Positions 1 through 14,259 of a stretch of DNA of 64,000 nt are shown piece after piece; positions within the stretch are counted from its first letter, which is position 1, and the number at the start of each line of letters is the position of its first letter. The notes under the pieces are model-generated. The model searched no databases. It was not told the DNA's origin and was given only the letters and a program-made list of their open reading frames with translations. The stretch is taken from the NCBI GenBank assembly GCA_964016885.1, contig OZ024743.1, positions 286,316,001 to 286,380,000 of the forward strand. Direction: 5' to 3'. This DNA comes from Eledone cirrhosa (lineage: Eukaryota). The position numbers and the translations under genes were made by a program.

Positions 1-575
1 CCACTATAAGGGCTGGAGACATGATGTGATGGGCATGGTGATCCACTGGCACCTGTGCAAAGTAAACAATTTTCCACATTCTGAGAAATGGTATGAGCAT
101 AGGCGAGAGGCGGTGATGGAGAACGATCAGGTGAAGGTGCTGTGGGATTTTAGGATACAGACGGACAAGAAACTGGAACACAATAGACCTGACCTGGTGG
201 TTGTGGACAAACAAAAAAGATCGTGCCTGATTGTGGATGTGGCCTGCCCATTCGACACGAGAGTGCAAGAGAAGGAGAGGGAGAAAATTAACCGATACCA
301 GGACTTAAAGTGGGAGGTAAAAAGGATTTGGAACTGCCATGAAGTCAAAGTGATCCCGATTGTCATAGGCGCACTGGGGACTATCTCCAAAAGTTTCCAG
401 GGATGGTTAAAGAAAATCGGCCCCTTCACGCTTTTTGGAACGCTTCAAAAGGCATGCTTGCTGGGAACAGCAAGAACCCTCCGATACGTCCTGAATATCT
501 GAGGCTGCAGGTAGTGGCTTGATATTCATTCCAACGGACTTACCAGTTAACCAACATCAATGACTGAGATTCAAG

Positions 576-577
<2 letters not shown>
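1..577 (+). mobile_element. 3' end of R4/Dong-like RLE non-LTR retrotransposon (family A); continues off the window
   Basis: ORF 26-502 has the restriction-like endonuclease motifs (HNRPDLVVVD...DVACP...KINRYQDL). Nearly identical to 7163-7740, including the 3' UTR. Followed by (TAA)n. Confidence 0.92.

Positions 578-651
<74 letters not shown>
578..651. repeat. (TAA)n microsatellite, tail/target of Dong-like elements
   Basis: Direct reading; lies between the family A 3' UTR and the 5'-truncated family B copy. Confidence 0.97.
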
Positions 652-652
<1 letters not shown>

Positions 653-3145
653 GACAGACAAATGAAAGATACAGCTCACCTTGAGGAACAAATATGGGAA
701 AATATAACAGTTGAACCGTTGCGCTTGGCTCTAAGAAAAACCAGCAAATTGAAATCCCCAGGAAAAGACAAAATACAAAAGTTTTGGATAAATGCCTTCT
801 CAGAGTCTCATGAGCTGTTAGCCCAACTTTACAATGAAATAGTTAAGGAGCCAGAAAAGATACTATCATGGCTAGTTAACGGCATTACATTCCTGCTTCC
901 GAAGAATGATGAGACAAACAATCCCAAAATTACAGACCGATAACTTGCTTGACCACAATGTATAACATTTTAACATCAGTCCTAACTGAATATACATATG
1001 ACCACCTGATAACAAATGACCTATTTTCTATTGACCAGAAAGGGTGTAAACGAGGCTCATATGGCTGTAAGGATCAGCTTTTGGTTAACAAAATGATACT
1101 GGAAGATTGTCATAATAGACACAAAAATTTATCAATTGCTTGGATAGATTATAAAAAAGCATTCGATAGTTTGCCACACAGTTGGATTGAAAAATGTTTA
1201 GAGATTTTCAAAATATCCCCCGTTGTCAGGAGGTTTTTGTCATTCAGTATGAAGACATGGAAAACGACACTCCTTTTGAATAGTGAAACAAAATCACTGG
1301 AAGCTGGAGAAGTTAATATTAATTGTGGAATTTTTCAGGGTGACTCTTTATCACCGCTTTTATTCTGCATCGCACTTATACCATTAAGTAAAATGCTCAA
1401 TGAAACAAAACATGGATATAAAGTCTATGACAAAACCATTAATCACTTGTTCTACATGGATGACCTGAAACTATTTGCAAAAAATGATGAACAATTGCAA
1501 GGGCTATTATCCACTGTGGAGCGGTTCAGTGATGACATTAAAATGGAGTTTGGACTAGATAAATGCGCCAAAGCAACGTTCACCAGAGGAAAGCTGCTGA
1601 AGAGTTCAGACATTAATCTTGATCGGGGGAACGTGATAAGAGAACTTGATCAAGAAAAAACTTACAAATATCTAGGTGTTTGTGAAGGAGACGGAATCAA
1701 GCACTCGACAATGAGGGAAAGGATAAGGAAGGAATGTTACCGCAGAGTAAGAGCAATCTTAAGAACGGAATTGAATGCAAGGAATAGGATCGATGCCATA
1801 AACACGCTTGCCATACCAGTAGTAACCTACAGTTACAATGTCATCAACTGTCAAGCACAGAGATCCGTAGGCTCGATACAAAAATTAGAAAATTCTTAAC
1901 CATGCACAGAATGCATCACCCTAAGGCAGATACAGATATAATATATCTCCCTATGAAAGAAGGAGGACGTGGGTTAATCCAGTTAGATATTGCGTTGAAA
2001 ACTGCAACAATTGGATTATCTACATATCTAAGGGAATTACATTTTTGGATGATCAAACTCGTTTTGAAACACGAAAGCATCAAAAGATCATATTCCATTA
2101 CAAAAGATGCACAAAGATACAGTAATGGACTACAAATTTCAGAAGTCCCATTTACTGCTGACATGGAAAACACAGAAAAAGCAAAGCAGGTAAAAGTAAC
2201 TGCTAAGAAAGAACTGCTACAGAAACTGGCTAAGAAATGGCAAGAAAAGCCTCTGTATGGAAAATACCCAGAACGAGCTAATAGTCCTGATGTTGACAAA
2301 ACTTTAACCCATCAGTGGTTGGCATCCTCTGGACTGAAATCGGAGACTGAAGGACTGATTATATCAGCACAAGATCAGTGTCTGCCAACAAAAAATTACC
2401 AAGCCAACATAATAAAAAATGGATGCAGCCCATTATGCCGTGTATGCAAAAAACAACCAGAGACCATTGACCATATAATTTCAATGTGCAGTCCTATAGC
2501 TCCAACCGAATACCTAAACAGGCATAACAGAGCTGCACAATACATATTTTGGATAATGTGTAAGCATTTTGACCTGCCCCATCAAAAGAATTGGTGGGAG
2601 CATCAACCACCTCCCATACTTGAAAAAGATCACATCTCAATCTTGTGGAACTTTAGCATCCAAACAGACCGAAAAATAGATGCAAATAGACCTGATATAA
2701 TATTGAAGGACTTTAAAAAGAGGGTATGCCTGCTAATTGATATGTCTGTTCCAATAGACAAGAATGTATCTATAAAAACATTTGAAAAATTGAGCAAGTA
2801 TAAGGACCTGGAGATAGAAATTGTAAAAATGTGGAAATTGAGAACTAAAACAATACCAGTGGTTGTAGGCGCTCTGGGAATGATACCTAAGGGGTCTAAT
2901 GATTACTTATCGCAAATCCCAGGAAACCCGCGTATAGGAGAAATACAAAAGATAGTACTAATGGGAACTGCCCATATACTAAGGAAGATTCTGTCAATAT
3001 AAGTACATCACAAGTCTAAACACTAAAGATGCATGTGTGTGTATGCATGTTCTTTCTTGAACATGGCGGACCTTGTTGTCTCTTGAGGTCACTGGTTGTG
3101 ACTTGGTGATAACTCGTATGAACATAAAGCAAGATAAATGCAACT

Positions 3146-3147
<2 letters not shown>
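652..3147 (+). mobile_element. 5'-truncated R4/Dong-like RLE retrotransposon (family B), frameshifted
   Basis: ORFs 560-943, 949-1899 and 1902-3002 give KSPGKD, QKGC, WIDYKKAFDS, GIFQGDSLSP, FYMDDLKL, a CCHC finger (CRVC...H...C), RHN and NRPD. Two frameshifts. (TAA)n tail at 3148-3202. Confidence 0.92.
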
Positions 3148-3203
<56 letters not shown>

Positions 3204-4139
3204 GGGAAGAAGACGCACGAGGTGACGGAGGTCATGAAATCGCTCCCGTAAGTTTTGAATTTTTAACATATTTAAACCATTTGTGAAATAACAACTCTTA
3301 GCACAAATGCTACGTAAAGCACCCGGCTTGAGCCCCAAAAAATTCGGACCCAAAATATATTGTTATAAGGCTCAAATATTCAAATATTCAACTTTGTATT
3401 GTACACTGTATATCCAAAAAAAAAAAATGGCTATAAATGGAAGAAGAACCCCTCCCCTCATCTCCTCTGGCTACACTATATAGGACAGCTAAACTCACCA
3501 ACACCAGAAACTAGATACACCACCCACCCCATCATCTGTGTACACTAAACACAACAGCCAGATAACGACACATTTTCACCTTCACCGCCACCGCTCACTA
3601 CGGCCATCATTACCACCACTATCCCATCACCGCCGCCACCACCCCTTGACTCCGCTACAGCACCATGACTACAGTAATACGGTCACATCACCGCCACCAC
3701 TGCCTCGGTATCGACATCACCACCACCACTGTCTCAGTATCGCTAACGCCGCCAGTCTCCCACTTCCCTGCTGGCTGCTACTTCCACATTATAGAATTCC
3801 TACTACTAACAAAGAGGAAGGCATCAAAATATATAGATAGACCCAAAAGAAAAAAGAAAAAACAAACAACAAAACCAAAGCAGCACAGCAACAACAGCAA
3901 AAAACGAGAAAAACAAACAGAGAAAAACAAAAACAAAATAAAAGAAACCCCAAAAACGTAAAGAAAATAAGAATGAAGAGAGAAGCAGGCGGACGGACAG
4001 AGAAGAGGGGGGAAAAAGTAAAACTTAAAAAACTAAAACTAAGTCAGACATTCGAACACTACATTACAATGAAACTTATGCTTATTCATTTCTGGGGCCC
4101 TTTCTGCCTGTGTGTTTGTTTGTTTATGTGTGTTCGTAT

Positions 4140-7100
4140 ACAGCGTGGCGATAATGCCACACAAGGGCCAAGTGGGATGGCGGATCCACAGATGGCTATG
4201 TAAACATACATTCGCCAATCCTCGATAAGAGTGTTTAAATATCGAACATAAACAGTTCGAATAACGGTGAAATGGAGACTAGAACGTCATGTGACAGACT
4301 CTCACCCAACAGGTGCCCCCTGGCTCAGCAGCAGGAACCTGACTGTCAACCAAATACTGCTGATGTTGGAGGAAGGAGAAGAAGGAAAGGGGCCAGAACC
4401 AACTGGACGAAAGAATTGAATAGAACTGTTATGCAATGCTACCTGAAAAGTAACCCCAAGGAGAGGGGCTACAGGAGACGGATGCATAACATCTGGAACG
4501 AGATTGGTTTATTTAAATTAGATGAACAAAAATTGGCCGGGCAGGCTCGGGTAATAAGAACTAATGGGTGGATAAGCGAGCTGGAACTGGAGGAACTGAG
4601 CAGAGAGAATGGCTTGGAGATGGCGGGTGTAGTATGCCAGACAAGCGAGCCGGTGGGAAATGAAGGTGAGGAGGTCCTGAGAACGGAGGAACCACCCGAA
4701 GCAGACAATGATCTGAGTACTGAGATAAATAATACCTGGAACAGAGATACGGCCACTGAGGAGATGAATGCTGACGGGCTAGGACAAGATTCGGTTGACA
4801 TCCTAAATTTAGTGGTAGATGAATTGAACAATGATAGTGGGAGACCTATGAACCTAAGATTTGTAGACAGGAAAAAGTTAAAAGAAACAACAGCTAAGGT
4901 AAACAAAGTCATCTAATACCTTGAGGCGAGGAGCCTTCACCAGTGCAACAATATCCTCAGAGCAACAGCAAATACGGTGAGGAAACTACTTGGTATAAAA
5001 GCGATAGGAAACAACAGACAGGAAAGAGTAGAGCCGTGGTGGAAGAAGCGACTGAGTGGGCAAATCGGGGAAATGAGAAATGACATAGGAAAGCTTGAGT
5101 CACTACTGAATGGGACACTAAAAAACATAGGCACTAAAAATAGACTGGAAATAAAGTACAAAACTAAAGGGAAAAAGCTAAATATTATCATAGAGGAATT
5201 GAAGCAACGCATTGTAGCAAAGAGTGCCAAAATCAGGCGATACGAGAACAGAGTCAGTCAGTATAAACAGAACCGCATGTTCGACAACAACCAGAAGATG
5301 CTGTTTGGACAGCTTGAGGGCAAAGAAAGAGGCAACGACTTGATCCCTGGGGCGGAGCAAACTAAAACATTCTGGAGAGGAATATGGGAGCAGGATGTTA
5401 GACACAATGCCCAGGCAGGGTGGATTGAGACAGTACAGAGGGAGATCGGTGAGCAGGCACAGCAACAAACTGATTTGAGTATCACAGTTGAAACTCTTAA
5501 GGGGCAAGCCAAAAAACTAACCAACTGGAAATCACCAGGCCCAGATGGTGTGCAGGGATATTGGATTAAACATCTAACATCCCTCCACCCGAAGCTGACG
5601 GCCATGTTCAATGAATGCTTGGTGTCGGGTGAGGTGCCAGAGTGGTTGACAAAAGGTACCACAGTTCTGATAATGAAAGACCGAATCAAGGGTAATGATG
5701 CTACCAACTATAGACCTATCACATGTCTGCCCGTAATGTGGAAACTGTTGACGAGCATTGTGTCTGAGGAAATCTACCATCACCTCCACACAAACAACTT
5801 GTTACCGGACGAACAGAAAGGATGCCGAAAGAAGTCACGTGGTACAAAGGACCAGTTGCTTATTGATAAGATGGTAATGGGGAATTGCAGGAGGAGACAC
5901 ACTGATCTTGCCATGGGATGGATAGACTACAGAAAGGCATTTGACATGGTGCCTCATTCCTGGATCACCAAAAGCCTGGAGATCTTCAGGGTGGCGGATA
6001 ACATCAGACAGTTGCTAGGCAGGAGTATGGGGTCCTGGGAGACAGAGTTGACATCAACTGGAGTATCCTTGGGAAGCGTGAAGATCAAGAGAGGTATCTT
6101 CCAGGGAGATAGCCTGTCCCCTCTGTTGTTTGTCCTTGCCCTGATGCCCTTGACCATTATGCTGCGAAAAGTGAGAGCAGGATACAAGTTGGGAAGGGGA
6201 GAGCTTACCATCAATCACCTCCTCTTCATGGACGATCTTAAGCTCTTCGGGAAAAGTGAGAAGGAGTTGGATGTGCTTGTTGACACTGTCCGTATTTTCA
6301 GCAGTGATATATGTATGCAGTTTGGTATTGGTAAATGTGGAGTCATTGTGATGAAGAGGGGTAGGTTGAGCAGAAGTAACGGGATCCAGATACCAACAGG
6401 TGAGATGATAAAGGAAATTGACTCTGAGGAAGGATACAAGTATTTGGGCGTTCTGGAGGCTGATGGCATAAAGAACAAAAAAATGAAGGAATTGTTAAGA
6501 ACTGAATACATTCGGAGAGTAAGGAGCGTATTGAAGTCACATCTGAACAGCAGAAATGCCATAAGCGCAGTAAATTCCCGAGCTGTGTCTATTATTAGGT
6601 ACAGTGCGGGAATTCTGAGATGGAATGTTGCTGAACAGAAAGAAATGGATAGGAAGACTAGGAAGCTATTGACTATCTACAACATGTTCCACAAGAGGAG
6701 TGATGTCGATAGACTCTACCTAAGGAGATCTGAGGGTGGAAGAGGTCTTATCAGCATAGAGGACTGTGTTCAGATGGAGAAAAACAACCTATACAAATAC
6801 GTGACCTATAGTAAGGAGCCAATGCTCAGAGCTGTACTGAAGGAGGGGACAGTAGGCCAGGGGATGTCCAGGGAGGAAATAACATCAAGGAGGAAGAGCA
6901 GCCTTAAGGGAAAACCCCTTCATAGTACCTTCTTTGAGAAAACTGAATTTAGAGATCCACAGACATGGAACTGGTTGAGAAGAGGAGACCTCAAAAAGGC
7001 TACAGAAGGAATGCTAATGGCTGCGCAGGAGCAGGCCCTCAAAACGAAGTGGTTGAAGCACCATATCTACAAGGAGGAGGCCAGCCCACTGTGCAGGATC

Positions 7101-7740
7101 TGTGGAGAGAGAGAGGAGACTGTGGCTCACATTGTATCCGAGTGTAAACACCTAGCCCAGACCCACTATAAGGGCTGGAGACACGATGTGATGGGCAGGG
7201 TGATCCACTGGCACCTGTGCAAAGTAAACAATCTACCACACTCTGAGAAATGGTATGAGCATAGGCCAGAGGCGGTGATGGAGAACAGTCAGGTGAAGGT
7301 GCTGTGGGATTTTAGGATACAGACGGACAAAAAACTGGAACACAATAGACCTGACCTGGTGGTTGTGGACAAAGAAAAAAGATCGTGCCTGATTGTGGAT
7401 GTGGCCTGCCCGTTCGACACGAGAGTGCAAGAGAAGGAGAGGGAGAAAATTAACCGATACCAGGACCTAAAGTGGGAGGTGAAAAGGATTTGGAACTGCC
7501 ATGAAGTCAAAGTGATCCCGATTGTCATAGGCGCACTGGGGTCTATCTCCAAAAGTTTCCAGGGATGGTTAAAGAAAATCGGCCCCTTCACGCTTTTTGG
7601 AACGCTTCAAAAGGCGTGCTTGCTTGGAACAGCAAGAACCCTCCGATACGTCCTGAATATCTGAGGCTGCAGGTAGTGGCTTGATATTCAATCCAACGGA
7701 CTTTCCAGTTAACCAACATCAATGACTGAGATTCAAGGAA
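4140..7740 (+). mobile_element. Near-full-length R4/Dong-like RLE retrotransposon (family A)
   Basis: Single RT-CCHC-RLE reading frame; 3' UTR matches 503-577; (TAA)n(GAA)n tail at 7741-7790. The 5' boundary is approximate. Confidence 0.9.
4272..7664 (+). pseudogene. RT-RLE polyprotein interrupted by one in-frame TAA (4914-4916)
   Basis: ORFs 4272-4916 and 4977-7664 are in the same frame. Motifs: KSPGPDG, NYRPITCL, GIFQGDSLSP, LFMDDLKL, CRIC..H..C, RHD, NRPD. Confidence 0.9.
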
Positions 7741-8459
7741 TAACAACAATAATAATAATAATAATAATAAGAAGAAGAAGAAGAAGAAGATATAGTGGTC
7801 ATTATTGGATGAGAGTGTTACTTACGGAGCCAAATAAAATATTATTTGAGAATGATAATTATAGAAAGAAAGGTACTTATATGAGAACTATTACAACGTG
7901 ATTTATTAACACTCATTTTTTTAATAAAATATGAAGGACATAAGAGATTTAATCAACCCTAGTACTTGAATTGTATCTCATTTATCGAAACCGGATATAT
8001 CGGCAAGATTTTAACTCTGAACTTAAGGGTGGGTGTGGTGGGGTGGGTGGGGGTGAATAGGATATTTTGTCCAGTGACCTGCTTATTCTGCTATACTGTA
8101 CCTCGCATGGGCCTTGGTGGGTGGGGGGGGGGATTGGACAATTTAGTTACAGTGATTAGTTTAGCTCTTAGCACTCTAAAATGGTCTTATCAATTTGTCA
8201 GATTCTCCCCACCTGGTCTTTATTCCCCCACCCCCACCCGCTTATTAAATTTTCTAATCTTTCTCCGGCGAAATCTTTTTGTAATTGATTCATATTGATA
8301 CAGCAGCTGGAGCATCTAATAATAATTTTATTTAAAAAAAAACATTATATATGACAAAAGCAGAACATTATAAGAAATCCCATACGTACACTATACAATT
8401 ACTAACTTCCCAAGCTCCCTCCCCCCATTATTCCACCGATTATTTGGGACCCGCGAGTG

Positions 8460-8810
8460 CCACCAAATTCTCGTCCTCTCTATGTTTATCACACAAAACT
8501 CTCTTTTAACCCCCCTCTCTGTATCAACTAAAACGAAACTCTACCAGTCTCTATATCTACCACGACACCACCTCTCTTATCCCACTCTCTATATCTAAGA
8601 CCAATGCACTCTCTCACTCTCTATAAATATCTTCACTTATCTCTCCCAATCCTTCTTTGTATCAATCACCCCTAAACTCTCCCCATTTCCGTATCTACTA
8701 CACGGCACTCTCGCATTATCCCTCTCTGTATATCTACAACCACCAAATTCACACCCTCTCTATATCTACTACACGGAACTCTCTTCCAATCCCCCTCTCT
8801 ATATCAATTA
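8460..8810. repeat. Degenerate CT-rich minisatellite (ctctctatatc...accac), resumes at ~14502-14700
   Basis: Repeated ctctctatatc(a/t)a motifs on both sides of the L1/Tx1 element. Confidence 0.6.
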
Positions 8811-9010
8811 CCACTTGATATAGACGTGATTTACTTTGCTCCGGATTCTTACGGATTGTTGTAAAAAAAAACTGCGAGTTTATTGATCAATTTAATAACA
8901 TTGTTTGGTTTAGCCCCTTGCCTTGGCCGTCAGACGTTAAGTCAACAAATTTTCGCCCCTTTCTGGGGCGAAATTTTCAATTTTCATCTAAAAACTGTAG
9001 ACTTGGTGGC

Positions 9011-10782
9011 AATGGACGCCATTTCCGCCTCGCACACTGTCGTGAGTGCCACGCCCACTAAGAAAAGTGGTGGAGGGAAGGTAGGAATACAAAGCTTGCA
9101 GCCGTCCCCCCTCGCATCATCGAAAAATGTGGAAAATATCGAAACCGCGAAACCAAATCCGGCAAATAATACCATCACCAACAACAAGAACAATGACAAC
9201 AACACCACAACCAACAACTGCAACAATAGCAATACCAATATTACCAACAGTGACAGTAACACGAAAGACAACAACACCAAAACAACATTTGCACAGACCG
9301 TAAAAAAAACCCAACTATACACGCCAATAGACATAACAAATGCTAAACAACTATTACAAGACGCAAAACAATTCGTGACTTTTGGCGAAAACGGTGCTTT
9401 TAGCATCAATTCTCCACAGGAATTACGTAGAGAGGCTGTCCTGAAAACTGTGGTTTTCAGGACAATATCGAACGTAACAAGAAAACCAGCTCAATTATCA
9501 CAAAATGAAATTGAGCTGGTTCTAAAAGACGCAATGAAGGACTTAACCTTCATACAAAAAGGTAAACTGTTTGGTAGCATTTCGGTGCTGATGAACAACC
9601 AGTCAACAGCTCAAAAGTACTCGATAGCACCCATTGTGTCCCCCCACTTCACCTTTTACCCCACATACAGGGGGAAAAGGACACAAAGAATAAAAATAAT
9701 GAGTATCACACCAAATGTAAACATTTGGTGGATACTATGTGGAATAATAAACTTTGACGAAGACAAGATAATTTCAATAGGAAAGTCCTCCGGAGGTGTA
9801 TTTGGTGGGACCACAGTAGAAGTTCTGGTGCAAATGAGCCCAGAACGAATAGCGAATATCCCACAACGCGTGCCTCTGGACGGGCTAACTTATATAAACA
9901 TTTCAGTGGGGGGAAGGCGGCCGTCATGTTACCACTGCTTAAGCAGGGGTCACCTGAGGGCTGCCTGTCCTCAATTAACGAGTAAAAAAAAAAAGGCTCT
10001 TCTGCCAACCCCGAACACAACAACACAACCACCACCACCACCACCACAACAACAACACGGAAAAATAACAACACAAAACACTGTTCCACCCAACCCCTCC
10101 CCACCTAAAACAAATACAAAAGCAACCACAACAAAACCCCAAAATATACCCCTCCCCAACAACACGGAAGAGGACTCTGTATCAACGTCACCCAGTGACG
10201 ACGAGGGAGAACCCTTTCAACAGGTGAAAAGGATTAAAAAAAGGCACCACATTAACAAAAATGCCACAAACACACAGCCACCAGCACAAACAGAACAAAC
10301 ATCACAAATAAAAAACCACCCCTCCCAAAAACATAACACGTACTATAAAACGCAAACACGCACAAGAACAACAAACAAAAACAAACACAACACAACAAAA
10401 ACTCTATACATACATTAACAAGAACAATAAAACGTTGATGAAAGCGATAGAAAATAACCCTTCGGTGGAAACCGAAGGGATCACTTTCACCTACGCAGCG
10501 AACAAACCGCACCTAATGATGATTAGGGTCCCAACGGAAACCTATGTAACTTTGAAAAAGAACCATCCAATGCATGTGGGGACCAACTGCACCAAACCAC
10601 ATAACAGCGTCCTATTGAGATGTTTCCCCACAACCACACCAGACACCCACACCCCACCAAACACCCTAATCCCACCACACACTGATGTCCTCACCCCACC
10701 ACAAACCACCACCCCACCAAACAACCCTTCCAACACCCCCATGGAAATTGTACAGCCTGGCCCCCAGGAGACGAAGAGGTAA
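9011..10782 (+). pseudogene. L1/Tx1 ORF1 (zinc-knuckle nucleic-acid-binding protein), probably frameshifted near 10300-10430
   Basis: CYHCLSRGHLRAAC CCHC knuckle; Asn/Thr/Pro low-complexity segments; ORFs 8883-10418 and 10435-10782 lie directly upstream of ORF2. Confidence 0.7.
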
Positions 10783-10824
10783 GTAATTTCCTCTCCTCTT
10801 CCTTTTTAGCTCTTCAGCACCAAC

Positions 10825-13800
10825 ATGGCCAATATAAGAGTTGGATGTGTGAATGCACGCGGCTTGGGGATGTCCTGGAAACAGGGCAAACTCTTAAATG
10901 ACCTCAGGTCGCACAGAGTGGATGTAATGGTTATTTGCGAGTCCAGGATCAGCAGCGAGCGCCAACTGGCCCCCATCTTCGACGACTTTGAGATCTACGC
11001 ATCTCTCTGTCGGCCGAGGGGTGGGGTGGGGTTGTCGTTCTGCTGCGAAAATACCTGGGTCTTGCCACACAGAAGGTACACCTGGATCCGGAGGATCGAC
11101 TGGTGGTTTTAGACGTTGGCAATGGTGAAGGTGGAGCTTTCAGGCTGGTGGCAGCGTATGCCCCATCGGGGACACCGCGACCGGACTTCTTCCGACGCCT
11201 GGAGAATTTCCTGGGAACGTCTCGCTCCTTGCTTTTAGTGGGGGACTGGAATGGTATCCTGGATGCACGTTGGGACTATGTAGGGGCATGTCCCGATAGA
11301 GGGGGGTGTAACAGCCTCAAACGATTAATCGGCCGATTTGATCTGGCCGATAGATATCGACTGGATTTTCAGACTGTGCCACGGTGGACGTGGAGTAATC
11401 GCAGTGGAACATCCAGGTCGTACCTAGATAGGTTCCTAGTTAGAAATAAGGATAGGGACATATTAAGCTGTCCACGAATGTTCATGGTTGACTATTCGGA
11501 TCACAAGTTGTTGACCGGAGTGGTCAACCTTGATAGAACTCATAGACAGGGACCCGGTTACTGGAAGCTAAACTTGTCTTTACCGACAAACAAAGCTTAC
11601 AGTAAGCGGATTAGCACACTAGTTAAGCAGCGTTTGACGGTGGCAATTGTCAACAACAGGTGGTGGGGCTCTCTCAAGAGAGAAATTAGAATAGAATCGA
11701 TAGGTTTTAGTCGGGAATTAGCATCAGATAGGAATAGAACTGAAAGGGAATTAACAAATAGAGTAGAAGAGGCGATTAGGAGTGGAAACGTGGCCGGCGT
11801 GCTGGCGTCAAGAACGGCCCTAGACCAGTTCTTTGATACGAAGCACGAGGGCTGCGTTGTTAGGAGTAAAATACGTGCTCTGGGTAACGAGGGAGCCAAA
11901 GCTGTTAGCTGGGCCCGAGTGACAGAGGCAAAAAGTGGAAACAAGTCCACGATTCGGTCTTTGAAGGACCAGGATGGACGCGTGATCCTTGAACCTGAGC
12001 GGATGAGCGCGGCCTTTCAACGGCGCTTTGCACGACTGTTCGGGAGGGGCGGCGGGCCGGGTGGGGCCATGGATTTCGGTCCATACCTCGACGGTCTGGC
12101 GCGGCTCTCGGACGGGGAGGCGAAGTCCTGCGAGAGGCCGATTTCAGCCGCTGAAATGGGAAGCGCTGAGCCAATGCGGCAAACGCAAATCTCCGGGTCT
12201 CGATGGTCTACCATACGAACTTTATGTAGCGATGCCGGGCTTGTTCTCCGGTCTCCTCGAGGCGGTCTACTGCAACTGGCAACAGAACGGGAGAATTCCC
12301 AGTTCTGTGACCAAGGGCGTAGTCACGCTGGTGAGGAAGGACGAGAACAAGGGGGATGACATAGATAACTTCAGGCCCATAACTCTGCTAAACACAGAGT
12401 TAAAGATTTTGGCCAAGGTGTTAGCGAAGAGGTTGGCGCTTGTCGTCGGGAACCTGGTGGGAGAAGCGCAGACATGCGCAATCCCGTCCAGGTCCATACA
12501 CGACAACCTCCACCTCATGCGATACATCGTAGAGAGGGTAGGGAACGAACCCGGCTTTGGTGGGGCCCTGATCAACTTGGATCAATCTAAAGCGTTCGAT
12601 AGGGTTGACCATCGGTACCTGGATGCGGTGCTCGCGGCGGCAGGCTTCGGAGCCGTTTTCAGAGGCTGGATTGCTGCAATGCACAGCAGCAACACTTGCT
12701 CAAGGGTCAAGGTGAACGGCTACCTCTCGGAGCCGTTCCAAATCACGCGATCCATTCGACAGGGATGCCCTCTCTCTTCCCTCCTGTATGTGCTGGCTCT
12801 CGAGCCACTACTGAGGAAGCTGGAGCTGTTGCAGGGCATCCCCTTGGAACCGGGATTGCGGAAAGCGGTGTCGGCCTACGCCGATGACGTGACAGTAATG
12901 GTGTCGTGCGCCTCGGAAATCGGGCAGATCGGCACCTTACTGGAGGAATATGAAAGGTCCACAGGAGCAAAGCTGAACCGGGACAAGTCCGTCGGTTTGC
13001 AACTCGGGACGTGGAGGGGCAAAACGATGCCCTCCGACGGCATCGTCTGACGCTGGACGGAGGGACCGGTGAAGCTGCTCGGGGTCTGGTTCGGACCGGA
13101 CCTCCAGGTGGAGAAAAACTGGGACGAGGTAACGGGCAAGGTGTTTGCACTCGCCCAGAAGTGGGCCGAGTGCAAACTATCCCTGAAAGATCGAGCGGAG
13201 GTGGCGAACGCTTATATAGCGTCCGTCATCTACTACCGCTTGACCGTCGTGCCTTGCCCAGAGAAAACACTCGCCAAAATGGAGAGCGCGCTCTTCCGAT
13301 TTCTTTGGAAGAAGCGGGCTCCTTTGGTGAGAAGATCCATCTGCTGTCAACACCCTTCGAACGGAGGGCTGGGGATGCCGTGGCTGACGATGCGTAGACA
13401 CGCATTAAGGCTACGGCACCTACAGGTATTCCTCAATGGTCAGCCGGTGTGGGCCCTGTTTGTGAGGCGAGCCTTTCCGAGACTCGTCTCACTCACCGAG
13501 CTGCAATCCTGGGTCAAGCAAAGACCGAGAAAAGTGGGCGACTGGCACATTGAATGTGCCCAGGCGCTCGCGGCCCTCTGGCAAGCGGATCCGGCAATCA
13601 GTGGAGACTCAACCTCAACATTCTATAGAGGGCTGGTGCGCAGTAAGTGCGACGACGCTCTCGGAGAGGCTCTGGGCATGGAGGAAGACGAGCTGGCCAG
13701 TCTGTTCGGTAGGACGTTTGGCCCGGGACCGATGGACAACTTCCAAAAGTCCCTGGCTTGGCAATGTTACCGAGGAGCTCTACCCGTTCGGGACAAGCTC

Positions 13801-14259
13801 TACAGACACAGTCGCCCGGGTAGGGACCCCTCGAAGAAGATCTGTCCAAGATGCGTGCGGGACGAGGAAACCGTCGCACACGCATTCGTACACTGCCCGG
13901 GCGTTGCTGACCTGTGGGGCTATGTAGAACGACTACTGTCGCGGGTGGGACCAATCCGGTTGACCACCGAGAACATTGTCACAATCAAACCGCCTCCCCC
14001 TTTCAAAAACGAAGGAGATGCGGTTTTCCTCTGTGTGATAGCCATGGTGAAAGAAGTTGTATGGTGGACAAGGTTGAAAGGGCTGAGGTCAGACACTTAT
14101 CTCTCCGGCCAACAACTGGTCTTTTTTTTCAAGTACCACTTTAGAAGAAGGATCAGAATGGAGAGAGAGGTGCTCTACCCCAGCAAGTTTTATGAAAGAT
14201 GGGTGAAAGTAGCGAGAATGGCCCGAGTGAATGGGCCTTCTCTCTATATCAGCCTGTAG
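10825..14259 (+). pseudogene. L1/Tx1 ORF2 (APE endonuclease + reverse transcriptase), disrupted
   Basis: VNARGL, GDWN, YLDRF, SDH (APE); KSPGLDG, NFRPITLLN, DQSKAFD, RQGCPLS, YADD (RT); CPRC..H..C. Frameshifts near 11030 and 12150, and an in-frame TGA at 13048-13050. Confidence 0.9.

Noticed and set aside
3500-4030. His/Pro-rich and Lys-rich ORFs
   Set aside because: They come from (CAC)- and A-rich low-complexity DNA. The poly-I, YI, CV, ER and poly-S/K ORFs elsewhere in the window are likewise microsatellite artefacts.
8160-8460. DNA transposon remnant (end resembles GATTATTTGGGACCCGCGAGT)
   Set aside because: No matching opposite TIR or TSD was found.
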